56,796 nucleotides of DNA. It comes from a virus (Duplodnaviria; Caudoviricetes). The stretch is taken from positions 1 through 56,796 of IMG/VR virus record IMGVR_UViG_3300012940_000029; one strand, written 5' to 3'. How positions within the stretch are numbered: position 1 is the first letter of the stretch; the number at the start of each line of letters is the position of its first letter. Shown in pieces: positions 28,986-35,565 of this stretch. The notes beneath the pieces were generated by a model that did not search any database, had not been told where the DNA came from, and saw only the letters and a list, made by a program, of their open reading frames with translations. A program made the translations under genes and the position numbers.

Positions 28986-29189
28986 TCAGCGCTTCATGCG
29001 CATCGCGACCACCGTGAGGATGGTGGCGACGTAGACCAGCAGGGCGACGGTCGCGATCTGGGAATACAGGACCATGACCGCCCAGTCGCCGATCGCCTCG
29101 GCGGCGTCGGACAGGCCGCTGAAGGGGTCGTCGCCGGTCGGCTCGGCGGGGAGGACCGGCTCGTCGATGGGCAGCTCGTAGTCGTCCAT
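28986..29189 (-). CDS. Small membrane protein
   Basis: RBS AAGGAGG; C-terminal TM helix. Confidence 0.65.
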   Translation of the reverse strand: MDDYELPIDEPVLPAEPTGDDPFSGLSDAAEAIGDWAVMVLYSQIATVALLVYVATILTVVAMRMKR

Positions 29190-29246
29190 AAAAGTACCTC
29201 CTTGGCGTTCGCCATCTCTTGGGTGAGTACGCGTTATATTAGCACG

Positions 29247-29266
29247 TTCCCCAGGTTCCTGGGGTA
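29247..29266. promoter_or_regulatory. Operator copy (consensus) TTCCCCAGGTTCCTGGGGTA
   Basis: Near-perfect palindrome upstream of minus-strand extended -10 TGCTAATAT. Confidence 0.75.
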
Positions 29267-29427
29267 TCAGCGGCCGATGCTCTCGCGCACGGCGCGCTCG
29301 GTGCGGGTGCGCCGGGGTGGAGGACGAGGTCTCCTGGGCGCTCAGTGGCCTGGAGGAGGCGATGAGGGACGCCGGGGAGCGCTACATCGAGCAGCACGCC
29401 GACCTGTTCCGGAGTAGCCTGACCTGA
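29267..29427. pseudogene. Fused 3' remnants of two divergent genes
   Basis: Minus strand ..RRTRTERAVRESIGR* (29267-29316); plus strand VEDEVSW..LFRSSLT* (29317-29427); no RBS for either. Confidence 0.5.
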
Positions 29428-29603
29428 TGGCCAGAATGCTCGGACGGTACGAGAGCCCCGGCTGCTGCCCCGGGACGCGCCAGGGGTGGTACCGGGGCCG
29501 CAGGCGGCACGCTCCGGACTGCTCGGGAGCCCTCACCGACTCCCGCAGGCGCAAGCGCGCTGAGCAGCGCGAGGTCCGCAGGGAGATCCTGAGCGAGGTC
29601 TGA
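29427..29603 (+). CDS. Small Arg-rich protein (58 aa)
   Basis: Hand-translated MARMLGRYESPGCCPG..REILSEV; GC3-rich; TGATG overlap. Confidence 0.6.
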   Translation: MARMLGRYESPGCCPGTRQGWYRGRRRHAPDCSGALTDSRRRKRAEQREVRREILSEV

Positions 29604-29630
29604 GGCGGTGTACTGCGCTCTGGTGGCCGG

Positions 29631-29813
29631 TCAGCCGTCCCTGCGGATGAGCCGGGCGATGCGGCACCAGCGGCACGAGCACCGACACCAGGGCGCGGGC
29701 GGGGTGGTGCAGTGCATCCAGCAGCGGGCCTGCCCGTTGCAGTGCGGGAAGGCCCGCCAGTTCTCGTGCCACTCGGGGATGACCTGATAGATCCAGAAGG
29801 TGATCCAGTACAT
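29631..29813 (-). CDS. Small Trp/Cys-rich protein
   Basis: MYWITFW..CNGQARCWMHC..CRCSCRWC; ATG overlapping the upstream stop. Confidence 0.55.
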   Translation of the reverse strand: MYWITFWIYQVIPEWHENWRAFPHCNGQARCWMHCTTPPAPWCRCSCRWCRIARLIRRDG

Positions 29814-29962
29814 CAGCTCTGCCCCCGGCTCTCGCGGATGGCGCGGTCGGTGCGGGTACGCCGGGACTGGCGGCGGCCGTCCCGCCTCACGCGGTGGCGT
29901 CCGGCGGCGTTGGAGCGGCGGCGCTCGGCGAGCATCCGGCCCCGGTCTTCCTGGGTCTGCAT
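29813..29962 (-). CDS. Small Arg-rich protein
   Basis: ATG after GGAGGAG; operator-promoter upstream. Confidence 0.65.
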   Translation of the reverse strand: MQTQEDRGRMLAERRRSNAAGRHRVRRDGRRQSRRTRTDRAIRESRGQS

Positions 29963-29997
29963 GGCTCCTCCAGGCTCTCTCGGGTAGGCTCCCACTG

Positions 29998-30017
29998 TAC
30001 CCAAGAGATCTGGGGAA
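29998..30017. promoter_or_regulatory. Operator copy overlapping minus-strand -10 TACAGT
   Basis: TACCCAAGAGATCTGGGGAA. Confidence 0.65.
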
Positions 30018-30055
30018 TGGAAGAGATTTTAAAATCTCGGAGAGGAAAGGTGCGC

Positions 30056-30160
30056 ATGGCTGACTCCTGGGGTCCCTGCACGAACTGCGGCCAGGCCAAG
30101 GCGATCTGCGACGCGGGCAGCGGCTCGTGCTGCGGTAGCTGCGACCACCCCCGCAACTGA
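30056..30160 (+). CDS. Cys-rich microprotein MADSWGPCTNCGQAKAICDAGSGSCCGSCDHPRN
   Basis: RBS GGAAAGG; terminator 30167-30214; paralog at 32958..33095. Confidence 0.7.
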   Translation: MADSWGPCTNCGQAKAICDAGSGSCCGSCDHPRN

Positions 30161-30215
30161 CCCCGAGCACGACGAAGGCCCGGCACCCCGTGGAGGGTGC
30201 CGGGCCTTCGTGCTG

Positions 30216-30257
30216 TCACTTCACCAGGGTCTCGATGATCCGGCCGGTGAGGGTCAT
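30216..30257 (-). CDS. 13-aa peptide MTLTGRIIETLVK
   Basis: RBS GAAGGGAAG, late-promoter-like CTCTC-N20-GAAGGG upstream, terminator immediately downstream. Confidence 0.4.
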   Translation of the reverse strand: MTLTGRIIETLVK

Positions 30258-30330
30258 GGCGGTGCTTCCCTTCGGCAGGAGGGAAGGGGCGAGGAGAGCC
30301 CCCTCCGCGCGGGGCGGAGGGGGCGGGACG

Positions 30331-30513
30331 TCAGGTGAGAACGCGCTCCAGGCGGACCGGGCGGGCCGCCAGCGGCTCGAAGCCCTCGGCCAGGTCCAGG
30401 CGGGCCCGGCGGCGCTCGGCGCGGTTGAGGTCGCGGCGGACACCCGCCTTGCCGACCCGGCCCTTCACCCGGCTGCGGCGGCCCCGGATCTGGTTGCGAA
30501 CGCCGATCGTCAT
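30331..30513 (-). CDS. Small Arg-rich protein
   Basis: RBS GAGG; operator-promoter upstream. Confidence 0.65.
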   Translation of the reverse strand: MTIGVRNQIRGRRSRVKGRVGKAGVRRDLNRAERRRARLDLAEGFEPLAARPVRLERVLT

Positions 30514-30546
30514 GTCCTCGTCCTCTCTCTTGGGTGATACCCACTC

Positions 30547-30566
30547 TACCCCAGGAACCTGGGGAA
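30547..30566. promoter_or_regulatory. Operator copy (consensus) overlapping minus-strand -10 TAGAGT
   Basis: TACCCCAGGAACCTGGGGAA. Confidence 0.75.
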
Positions 30567-30702
30567 GGGAAGAGATTTTAAAAACTTCCGGAGAAAGAGT
30601 GCCTCGGCATGGCGATCACCAAATGTCGCCCAAGCGTCACTAAGAGTCGATTCCTTCCGCTAAGCTCTTCCCGTTCCCAAGGAGAGCCGGGAAGGAGTGA
30701 TC

Positions 30703-30744
30703 ATGTCCGACGCGCAGACGCCCGGAGGTGTGTCCTGGGTCTGA
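30703..30744 (+). CDS. 13-aa peptide MSDAQTPGGVSWV
   Basis: -10-like TAAGCT at 30661, RBS GGAAGGAGTG, terminator 30751-30797. Confidence 0.45.
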   Translation: MSDAQTPGGVSWV

Positions 30745-30813
30745 CCCCAGGCACGACGAAGCCCGGACCCCCGTTGGTGGGTCCGGGCTTCGTGCTGTAC
30801 GGGTGGCGAGGAG

Positions 30814-31746
30814 CTACTTCTTGGTCTTGCCCTTCACCGAGCCCGCGACACCGAGGCCCCCGTCCTTGCCGACCGCCCGGACGGTGAAGGTGTGGGTGGT
30901 GTTCCGCTTCAGGCCCCGGAAGCGGAAGGCGTGGCCGTAGATCGTGCCGAACCGCTTCCCGTTGGCGAAGACGGCGAAGGCCACCGCGCCCTCGGGCGTC
31001 GCGCTCCACCGGACCCGCACCGTGGTGGCCGTGGCGTCCTTGACGCTCACCGTGCCGGGTCCGCCGAGCGTGTCCCCGGGCGGGTAGGTCGGCGTCGGGC
31101 AGGGCTTCTGGGTCGGCGGCGCGGTCGGCTCCGGCTCGGGCTCGGCGCACTTCTTGCCGGTGATGTTGCCCTGCACCTTGTTGACGTTGTCCTGCGTCAT
31201 GGACTCGCAGGGCGTCGTGTACTTCCACTCGTAGGAGGTGAGGGTGACCTGCGCGCCCTCCTTGAAGTAGCGCGCGGCCCACTTGCCGCTCTGCCGCGAG
31301 GCCGGGACGTCCTGCTTGGTGGCGAAGCGCTTGTGGTTGTAGCCCAGGTCGTCCTTGGCCTGGAGCGCCGCCAGGGCGCGCTCGCCCTTCAGCGTGCCGG
31401 TGACCTCGAAGGTCATCACGCCGTTCAGGTCACCGGTGACCCGGCGCTTGATCGTCTGGCTGGCATCGCCCGGCGTCTTGGCTCCGTCGGCCTTGCGCGC
31501 CGTGGTGAAGGTGCCGGTGTCGGTCACCTTCGCCTCGTAGGTGCCTTCGCCGGTCTTGGTGATCGTGGTGACCCGGTTCAGGCTGTCGCGGGCCCACGGC
31601 GGATTGCCGTCGTCAGGGGTGTGCTTGATGGTCGTGGTGGACGAGACGACCTCGTCCGCGTTCGTGGGGCCCACCAGCAGGCCGGTGATCAGGAGCCCGG
31701 AGGCCCCCAGCACCGCCAGCAGGCGAGTGGGGATGGACTTCGGCAT
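30814..31746 (-). CDS. Secreted protein with C-terminal FN3 domain
   Basis: Signal peptide MPKSIPTRLLAVLGASGLL..TNA; VRVRWS..GLKRNTTHTFTVRAV. Confidence 0.75.
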   Translation of the reverse strand: MPKSIPTRLLAVLGASGLLITGLLVGPTNADEVVSSTTTIKHTPDDGNPPWARDSLNRVTTITKTGEGTYEAKVTDTGTFTTARKADGAKTPGDASQTIKRRVTGDLNGVMTFEVTGTLKGERALAALQAKDDLGYNHKRFATKQDVPASRQSGKWAARYFKEGAQVTLTSYEWKYTTPCESMTQDNVNKVQGNITGKKCAEPEPEPTAPPTQKPCPTPTYPPGDTLGGPGTVSVKDATATTVRVRWSATPEGAVAFAVFANGKRFGTIYGHAFRFRGLKRNTTHTFTVRAVGKDGGLGVAGSVKGKTKK

Positions 31747-31789
31747 GTGCCTCATCTCCTCGGTAAAAGTCCTGGGAACGGGAGGACGG

Positions 31790-31809
31790 TACCACAGCTT
31801 GCTGGGGAA
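31790..31809. promoter_or_regulatory. Operator copy overlapping minus-strand -10 TACCGT
   Basis: TACCACAGCTTGCTGGGGAA. Confidence 0.55.
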
Positions 31810-31858
31810 CGCAGAAGGCCCCGGCAACCTCGCAGGTCACCGGGGCCCTCAGGGGTGG

Positions 31859-32155
31859 CTACAGGAACGCGTCGGGCGGGATGCCCACGTCCGGGACGCG
31901 CCCCGACCGGTTGGGGCGGGTGTCCCACGGGCCGTTGCTCATGCTGGCGTTGTACGCCCGGATGGCCTCCTCGCGCCTCTCCCGCTTGAGCCGGGCCGCC
32001 TCCTGCTCGTCGAACTTGGTCTTCAGCAGGTCGTAGACGGCCTTCAGGCCGGTGTGGCGGCTGCCGCCGCTGGTGGCCTCGGCGGGGGCCGTCTGGTAGG
32101 CCGTGCGCAGCTCGGCCTCCAGCTCGGACGTCCACTCGGGGAACGGGGTGCTCAC
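31859..32155 (-). CDS. Hypothetical protein
   Basis: GTG overlapping the upstream stop; RBS AAGGAG. Confidence 0.65.
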   Translation of the reverse strand: MSTPFPEWTSELEAELRTAYQTAPAEATSGGSRHTGLKAVYDLLKTKFDEQEAARLKRERREEAIRAYNASMSNGPWDTRPNRSGRVPDVGIPPDAFL

Positions 32156-32619
32156 TTCATGCTCTCCTTCCGGCGAGCCCGCGCCCGCGCGTCCTGGATC
32201 TTGGTCAGGTGCTTGATCTCGTTCCGGACCTCCTCCAGCTCGTAGCAGCACTGCTCGCAGAGGAAGGACTGCGTCTTGGCCCTGCTGGTCACCGGGCACA
32301 CGCTCTCGTCCAGGCCGTAGTGGCAGCCGTGCCGGTCGCAGCAGTGCTCGGTGTGAGCGTCGGTCGTGCCGCCGGACTCGGCGCGGTCGTGCCTTCCCAG
32401 GGAGATGTTGCGGCTGCGGGCCAGCATCGCCGCCTCGATCAGGGCGAGGCCGATGCTCTCGGCGTGATCGGGGTCGGTGTAGGGCACCTCCACCGTCTGG
32501 CCGGGCTCGTCTTCCAGCTCAATCATGAGCTTCACCCCGTGGGTGAAGTTCTCCCGGCCGAACATGTGGACACCGTGCGAGGTGATGCGGCCGATCCAGT
32601 GCTTCAGGGGGCGTCCCAT
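32152..32619 (-). CDS. Hypothetical protein with Cys/His cluster
   Basis: HTEHCCDRHGCHYG..CPV..CEQC. Confidence 0.7.
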   Translation of the reverse strand: MGRPLKHWIGRITSHGVHMFGRENFTHGVKLMIELEDEPGQTVEVPYTDPDHAESIGLALIEAAMLARSRNISLGRHDRAESGGTTDAHTEHCCDRHGCHYGLDESVCPVTSRAKTQSFLCEQCCYELEEVRNEIKHLTKIQDARARARRKESMK

Positions 32620-32649
32620 GACACTCCTCTCTCTCGGGTGGCCCCACCG

Positions 32650-32669
32650 TACCCCACTTAGGTGGGGAA
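32650..32669. promoter_or_regulatory. Operator copy inside TTGCCG-N18-TACGGT promoter (minus strand)
   Basis: TACCCCACTTAGGTGGGGAA. Confidence 0.7.
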
Positions 32670-32725
32670 CGGCAAGAGATCAAAAAATCCCTCCGAGTCC
32701 ACGCCAGGTGGGTTAGCCTCCCGGC

Positions 32726-32902
32726 ATGACGACGAACTGGCGCACGGCGCGCTCGTGTGGTGCGAATGGAACCTGTGTGGAGGTCGGAAGCACCTCCGGG
32801 GCCGTCCTGATCCGCGACACCAAGCAGCGGGGTCGCGGCCCGATCCTTCAGCTCACCCGGCAGGACGCGCGTATCCTTTTTGACCGGATCAAGGCCCTCT
32901 GA
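32726..32902 (+). CDS. DUF397 family protein (orphan)
   Basis: Hand-translated WRTARSCGANGTCVEV..VLIRDTK..GPILQL; -10 TAGCCT 6 nt before ATG. Confidence 0.85.
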   Translation: MTTNWRTARSCGANGTCVEVGSTSGAVLIRDTKQRGRGPILQLTRQDARILFDRIKAL

Positions 32903-32957
32903 GTCCTGAGACGACGAGACCCCGGCACCTGCATCGGTGCCGGGGTCTTGGCATGTT

Positions 32958-33095
32958 TCAGTGTGAGCAGTTGTAGCAGCAGGCTCCTAAGCCGCCGGAT
33001 TTGCCCAGGTCACAGGCGGATCTGGACGTTCCGCAGTTGGAGCAGGCGTCGCTGCCGCTCACGATGAGGCACAACCGGATCGGAACGCTCTTCAT
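32958..33095 (-). CDS. Cys-rich microprotein MKSVPIRLCLIVSGSDACSNCGTSRSACDLGKSGGLGACCYNCSH
   Basis: RBS AAAGGG; same CxxC-x6-CD..CCxxCxH pattern as 30056..30160. Confidence 0.65.
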   Translation of the reverse strand: MKSVPIRLCLIVSGSDACSNCGTSRSACDLGKSGGLGACCYNCSH

Positions 33096-33175
33096 TCGAC
33101 CCTTTCTTTCTGGGGTGCATGGACTGTCCGGAAGGTTAGTGTCAGCCTCTGTTGGAGCGGACTAGCATCCGCGAA

Positions 33176-33463
33176 ATGACGATGACCTTCGGAGAGGCGC
33201 TCGACGCACTGAAGAACGGCTATCGGGTCGTTCGCCGGTCCTGGCAGCTCTACGACCCGGGCAGCTTCATCTGCCGCCAGAAGGGCTACCCGACCGGTAT
33301 CCCCATCAACGAGAACACCGCCGAGGCGACCGGCCTGGAGGAGGGCACCACGATGCGCTTCCGGCCCTACCTGATGGTGGTGCTCACCGACGGCTCGGCG
33401 ATGCCGTGGACCCCCAGCCAGCTCGACCTGTTCGCCGAGGACTGGCAGATCCTGAAGGACTGA
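33176..33463 (+). CDS. tad2: DUF2829 / Tad2-like anti-defence sponge protein
   Basis: MTFGEALDALKNGYRVVRRSW..PWTPSQLDLFAEDW family signature; leaderless -10 TAGCAT. Confidence 0.8.
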   Translation: MTMTFGEALDALKNGYRVVRRSWQLYDPGSFICRQKGYPTGIPINENTAEATGLEEGTTMRFRPYLMVVLTDGSAMPWTPSQLDLFAEDWQILKD

Positions 33464-33565
33464 GGAGACACTGCGGGCCCGGTCCCTCCCCCCGGAGGAC
33501 CGGGCCCGCTCTCTCGACCCCCGAACGGCGCATAAAGGCCGCACTCCCGTGCATCATACAGTCTC

Positions 33566-33829
33566 ATGGACTTGAATTACGCCCTTCACAAAATTGCCGA
33601 GGCCCCCGACCCGGACGCCCCCGAGTCCGACGTCATCGAGGCCGTCGAGATCGTGCTGAAGACGATCCAGGGCCTCGGCCAGCAGGTGGACACCCTCACC
33701 AAGGAGAACGAGGCGATGAAGCGGGTCATGTACCTGCTCGTCCAGGACACCGCGAACGAGGAGCTGCGCGACGAGATGCACGCCACCTACACCCGGATCT
33801 CCGCCGGGCTGGGGACGCCCGAGGAGTAG
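33566..33829 (+). CDS. Hypothetical coiled-coil protein
   Basis: GC3-rich 87 aa ORF. Confidence 0.65.
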   Translation: MDLNYALHKIAEAPDPDAPESDVIEAVEIVLKTIQGLGQQVDTLTKENEAMKRVMYLLVQDTANEELRDEMHATYTRISAGLGTPEE

Positions 33830-33880
33830 GACCGCCTGTTCTGGGCACCATGGCCGGGCATCTCTACGGAAGGATGAGGC

Positions 33881-34204
33881 ATGGCGCGGATCAAGCTCTC
33901 CGGCGGCCCTCTGGACGGCCAGGAGCGCGAACTCGACAGCACCGGCGCGCTGCCCGCCGAGTACCCCGGCTACGCGGCGGTGGAGCAGGTGATGGACCCC
34001 GGGCGGGGCCAGCTCCTGCGCGCGGAGTGGCACGGCGGCGAGGCGGACGAGGCCAGCTACCCCGGCTCCGCCCAGGAGCGCGAGCGGTACGGCAACCAGA
34101 CTGGCGTCCGCGACACCGACGCCCAGGACCGCACCCGGGGCGAGACCACCGGGGCGCACAAGCGCGAGGTCAAGGGCGGGGCCTCGGACGCCAAGCGCAA
34201 GTAG
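33881..34204 (+). CDS. Hypothetical protein
   Basis: RBS GAGG; LSGGPLDG motif. Confidence 0.65.
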   Translation: MARIKLSGGPLDGQERELDSTGALPAEYPGYAAVEQVMDPGRGQLLRAEWHGGEADEASYPGSAQERERYGNQTGVRDTDAQDRTRGETTGAHKREVKGGASDAKRK

Positions 34205-34270
34205 TTGCAGGTCGTCGGCGGTGAGGGCCGGATCGGAGCGCCAGGGTCCAGCCTTCGTCGAAAAAGGGGC

Positions 34271-34289
34271 TACCAAGAAAGCCGGGGAA
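34271..34289. promoter_or_regulatory. Operator copy upstream of extended -10 TGCTACTGT (tRNA operon promoter)
   Basis: TACCAAGAAAGCCGGGGAA. Confidence 0.6.
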
Positions 34290-34364
34290 CGTGCTACTGT
34301 CTACGACATGAGCCCGAGGGGATGACGATCCCTTCCGGACTCTCACCGGGGTAGCTCCCTGGTG

Positions 34365-34443
34365 GTCGTACTCCCCCGGGAAGGGGGCCTCACCCCTCGG
34401 GAGACGAGGAGCGGGTCTCTGATCTCGGATCAGGAGTACGGCG
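34365..34443 (+). ncRNA. Cloverleaf-like structured element without tRNA consensus
   Basis: 9-bp closing stem GTCGTACTC/GAGTACGGC enclosing three hairpins; abuts tRNA-Trp. Confidence 0.4.
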
Positions 34444-34444
34444 A

Positions 34445-34517
34445 GCCCAGCTAGCTCAATCGGTAGAGCGCCGGTTTCCAAAACCGGAGGTTCCAGGTTC
34501 GAATCCTGGGCGGGGTG
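34445..34517 (+). tRNA. trnW: tRNA-Trp (CCA)
   Basis: Full cloverleaf; anticodon loop TTCCAAA; TTCGAAT T-loop. Confidence 0.93.
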
Positions 34518-34521
34518 CGTA

Positions 34522-34680
34522 GGACCCGGATCCGGCTCTGGCCGCTCGCTGAGAGCGTCCATCCGCCCGGCGGCGGCCCAACGGGCAGCGGGAGGCGTTC
34601 CCGCGCTAAGTCCCGGTCAAGCCACCGGCCTCTGGCTCCGGAGGCGTCAGATGGGTCCAGGTCGTCCGGAGCGGCGACCC
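34522..34680 (+). ncRNA. Multi-hairpin structured RNA candidate
   Basis: GGACCC/GGGTCC closing stem enclosing about 6 short hairpins. Confidence 0.35.
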
Positions 34681-34690
34681 TCCGCCACCC

Positions 34691-34764
34691 GCCTCACAGG
34701 CGCTCGCGGGAGCGCACCCGGTTGAAGCCCGGGAGCAGGCCAGGTTCGAGTCCTGGGTGGGGAG
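34691..34764 (+). tRNA. trnF: Atypical tRNA-Phe (GAA)
   Basis: CCCGG-TTGAAGC-CCGGG arm and normal T arm; D arm replaced by a GCGCTC/GAGCGC hairpin; no U8. Confidence 0.6.
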
Positions 34765-34765
34765 C

Positions 34766-34836
34766 TGGAGCGGGGCTGTAGAGCCGGTCGCATCGCCCTC
34801 GGGCGGTGTCCTCTCTTGGGTAGCGGCCCCGCTCCA
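34766..34836 (+). ncRNA. 71-nt stem-loop RNA candidate between tRNA-Phe and tRNA-Val
   Basis: 13-bp terminal stem TGGAGCGGGGCTG/CGGCCCCGCTCCA, internal hairpin, unpaired CCTCTCTTGGGT. Confidence 0.45.
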
Positions 34837-34839
34837 TCC

Positions 34840-34911
34840 GGTCCGGTAGCTCAGCGGAAGAGCGCCGCCTTCACACGGCGGACGTCGCAGGTTCGATCCC
34901 TGCCCGGACTA
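34840..34911 (+). tRNA. trnV: tRNA-Val (CAC)
   Basis: Full cloverleaf; loop TTCACAC. Confidence 0.93.
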
Positions 34912-35002
34912 CAAGCCAGGACGGCCGCCGCCGATCCTGGACAGGGCGAGGGGGGATCACCGGTACGTCGCGGCGGCGACCCGTCCGGTCCCCCGCCCGC
35001 AC

Positions 35003-35074
35003 GCCGCGTTGGTCGAATGGCAAGACGCCGGGTCCTCACCCCGGAGATCGCGGGTTCGATCCCCGCACGCGGTA
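35003..35074 (+). tRNA. trnE: tRNA-Glu (CTC) with C33
   Basis: Full cloverleaf; loop TCCTCAC lacks U33. Confidence 0.8.
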
Positions 35075-35210
35075 CAGGGGCGACGCACAACGCCCCAGAT
35101 GAGGCCCTAAACCGGTTCGACTCCGGTCCTGAATTGGTTAGCCTCACCGTGTGCGCGGACGAGGCGCAGGGGTTCGATTCCCTCGCGGGTTGCGCAGGGT
35201 CTCATCGCAT

Positions 35211-35283
35211 GGTGGCTGAAGTGTTGCTGGCGGCACACCGGGTTGTGATCCCGGTAGGGAGGGTTCGAGCCCCTCCAGTCACC
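35211..35283 (+). tRNA. trnH: tRNA-His (GTG)
   Basis: G-1:C73; loop TTGTGAT; T arm GAGGG-TTCGAGC-CCCTC. Confidence 0.85.
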
Positions 35284-35321
35284 CTCCGGTTCAATCAGCT
35301 CGATCACAAGGGAGTGCGGGC

Positions 35322-35450
35322 ATGGGTGAGTCCGATGAGGACGTGAAGCGGCGTCAGCGGGCCGCCGTGGAGGCCGACAGGAAGCGGCAGCAGGAGAACC
35401 TCAAGGCCGCGCAGGAGGCCGCGAAGAAGGCCGCCGAGAAGAAGAAGTAA
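35322..35450 (+). CDS. Small Lys/Ala-rich helical protein (42 aa)
   Basis: RBS AAGGGAG; MGESDEDVKRRQRAAVEADRKRQQENLKAAQEAAKKAAEKKK. Confidence 0.6.
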   Translation: MGESDEDVKRRQRAAVEADRKRQQENLKAAQEAAKKAAEKKK

Positions 35451-35463
35451 GACTGAACGGCAG

Positions 35464-35536
35464 TGCTCATTCGTCCAATTGGGCAGGACGCCGGACTCTG
35501 AATCCGGAGATCCAGGTTCGAATCCCGATGGAGCCG
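35464..35536 (+). tRNA. trnQ: Degenerate tRNA-Gln (CTG)
   Basis: Good D and anticodon arms (CTCTGAA); T stem and acceptor stem mismatched, possible pseudogene. Confidence 0.65.
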
Positions 35537-35565
35537 CGCCTCTCCTCGCACGAAGGGAAGACCTC

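Noticed and set aside
26970-32948. Recurring CACGACGAAGGCCC-type sequences
   Set aside because: Arms of ordinary actinomycete bidirectional terminators, irregularly spaced; no CRISPR array or cas genes seen
34585-34615. GCGGGAG..CTAAGTCC resembling group I intron motifs
   Set aside because: Too short, no P7 core found and no interrupted gene
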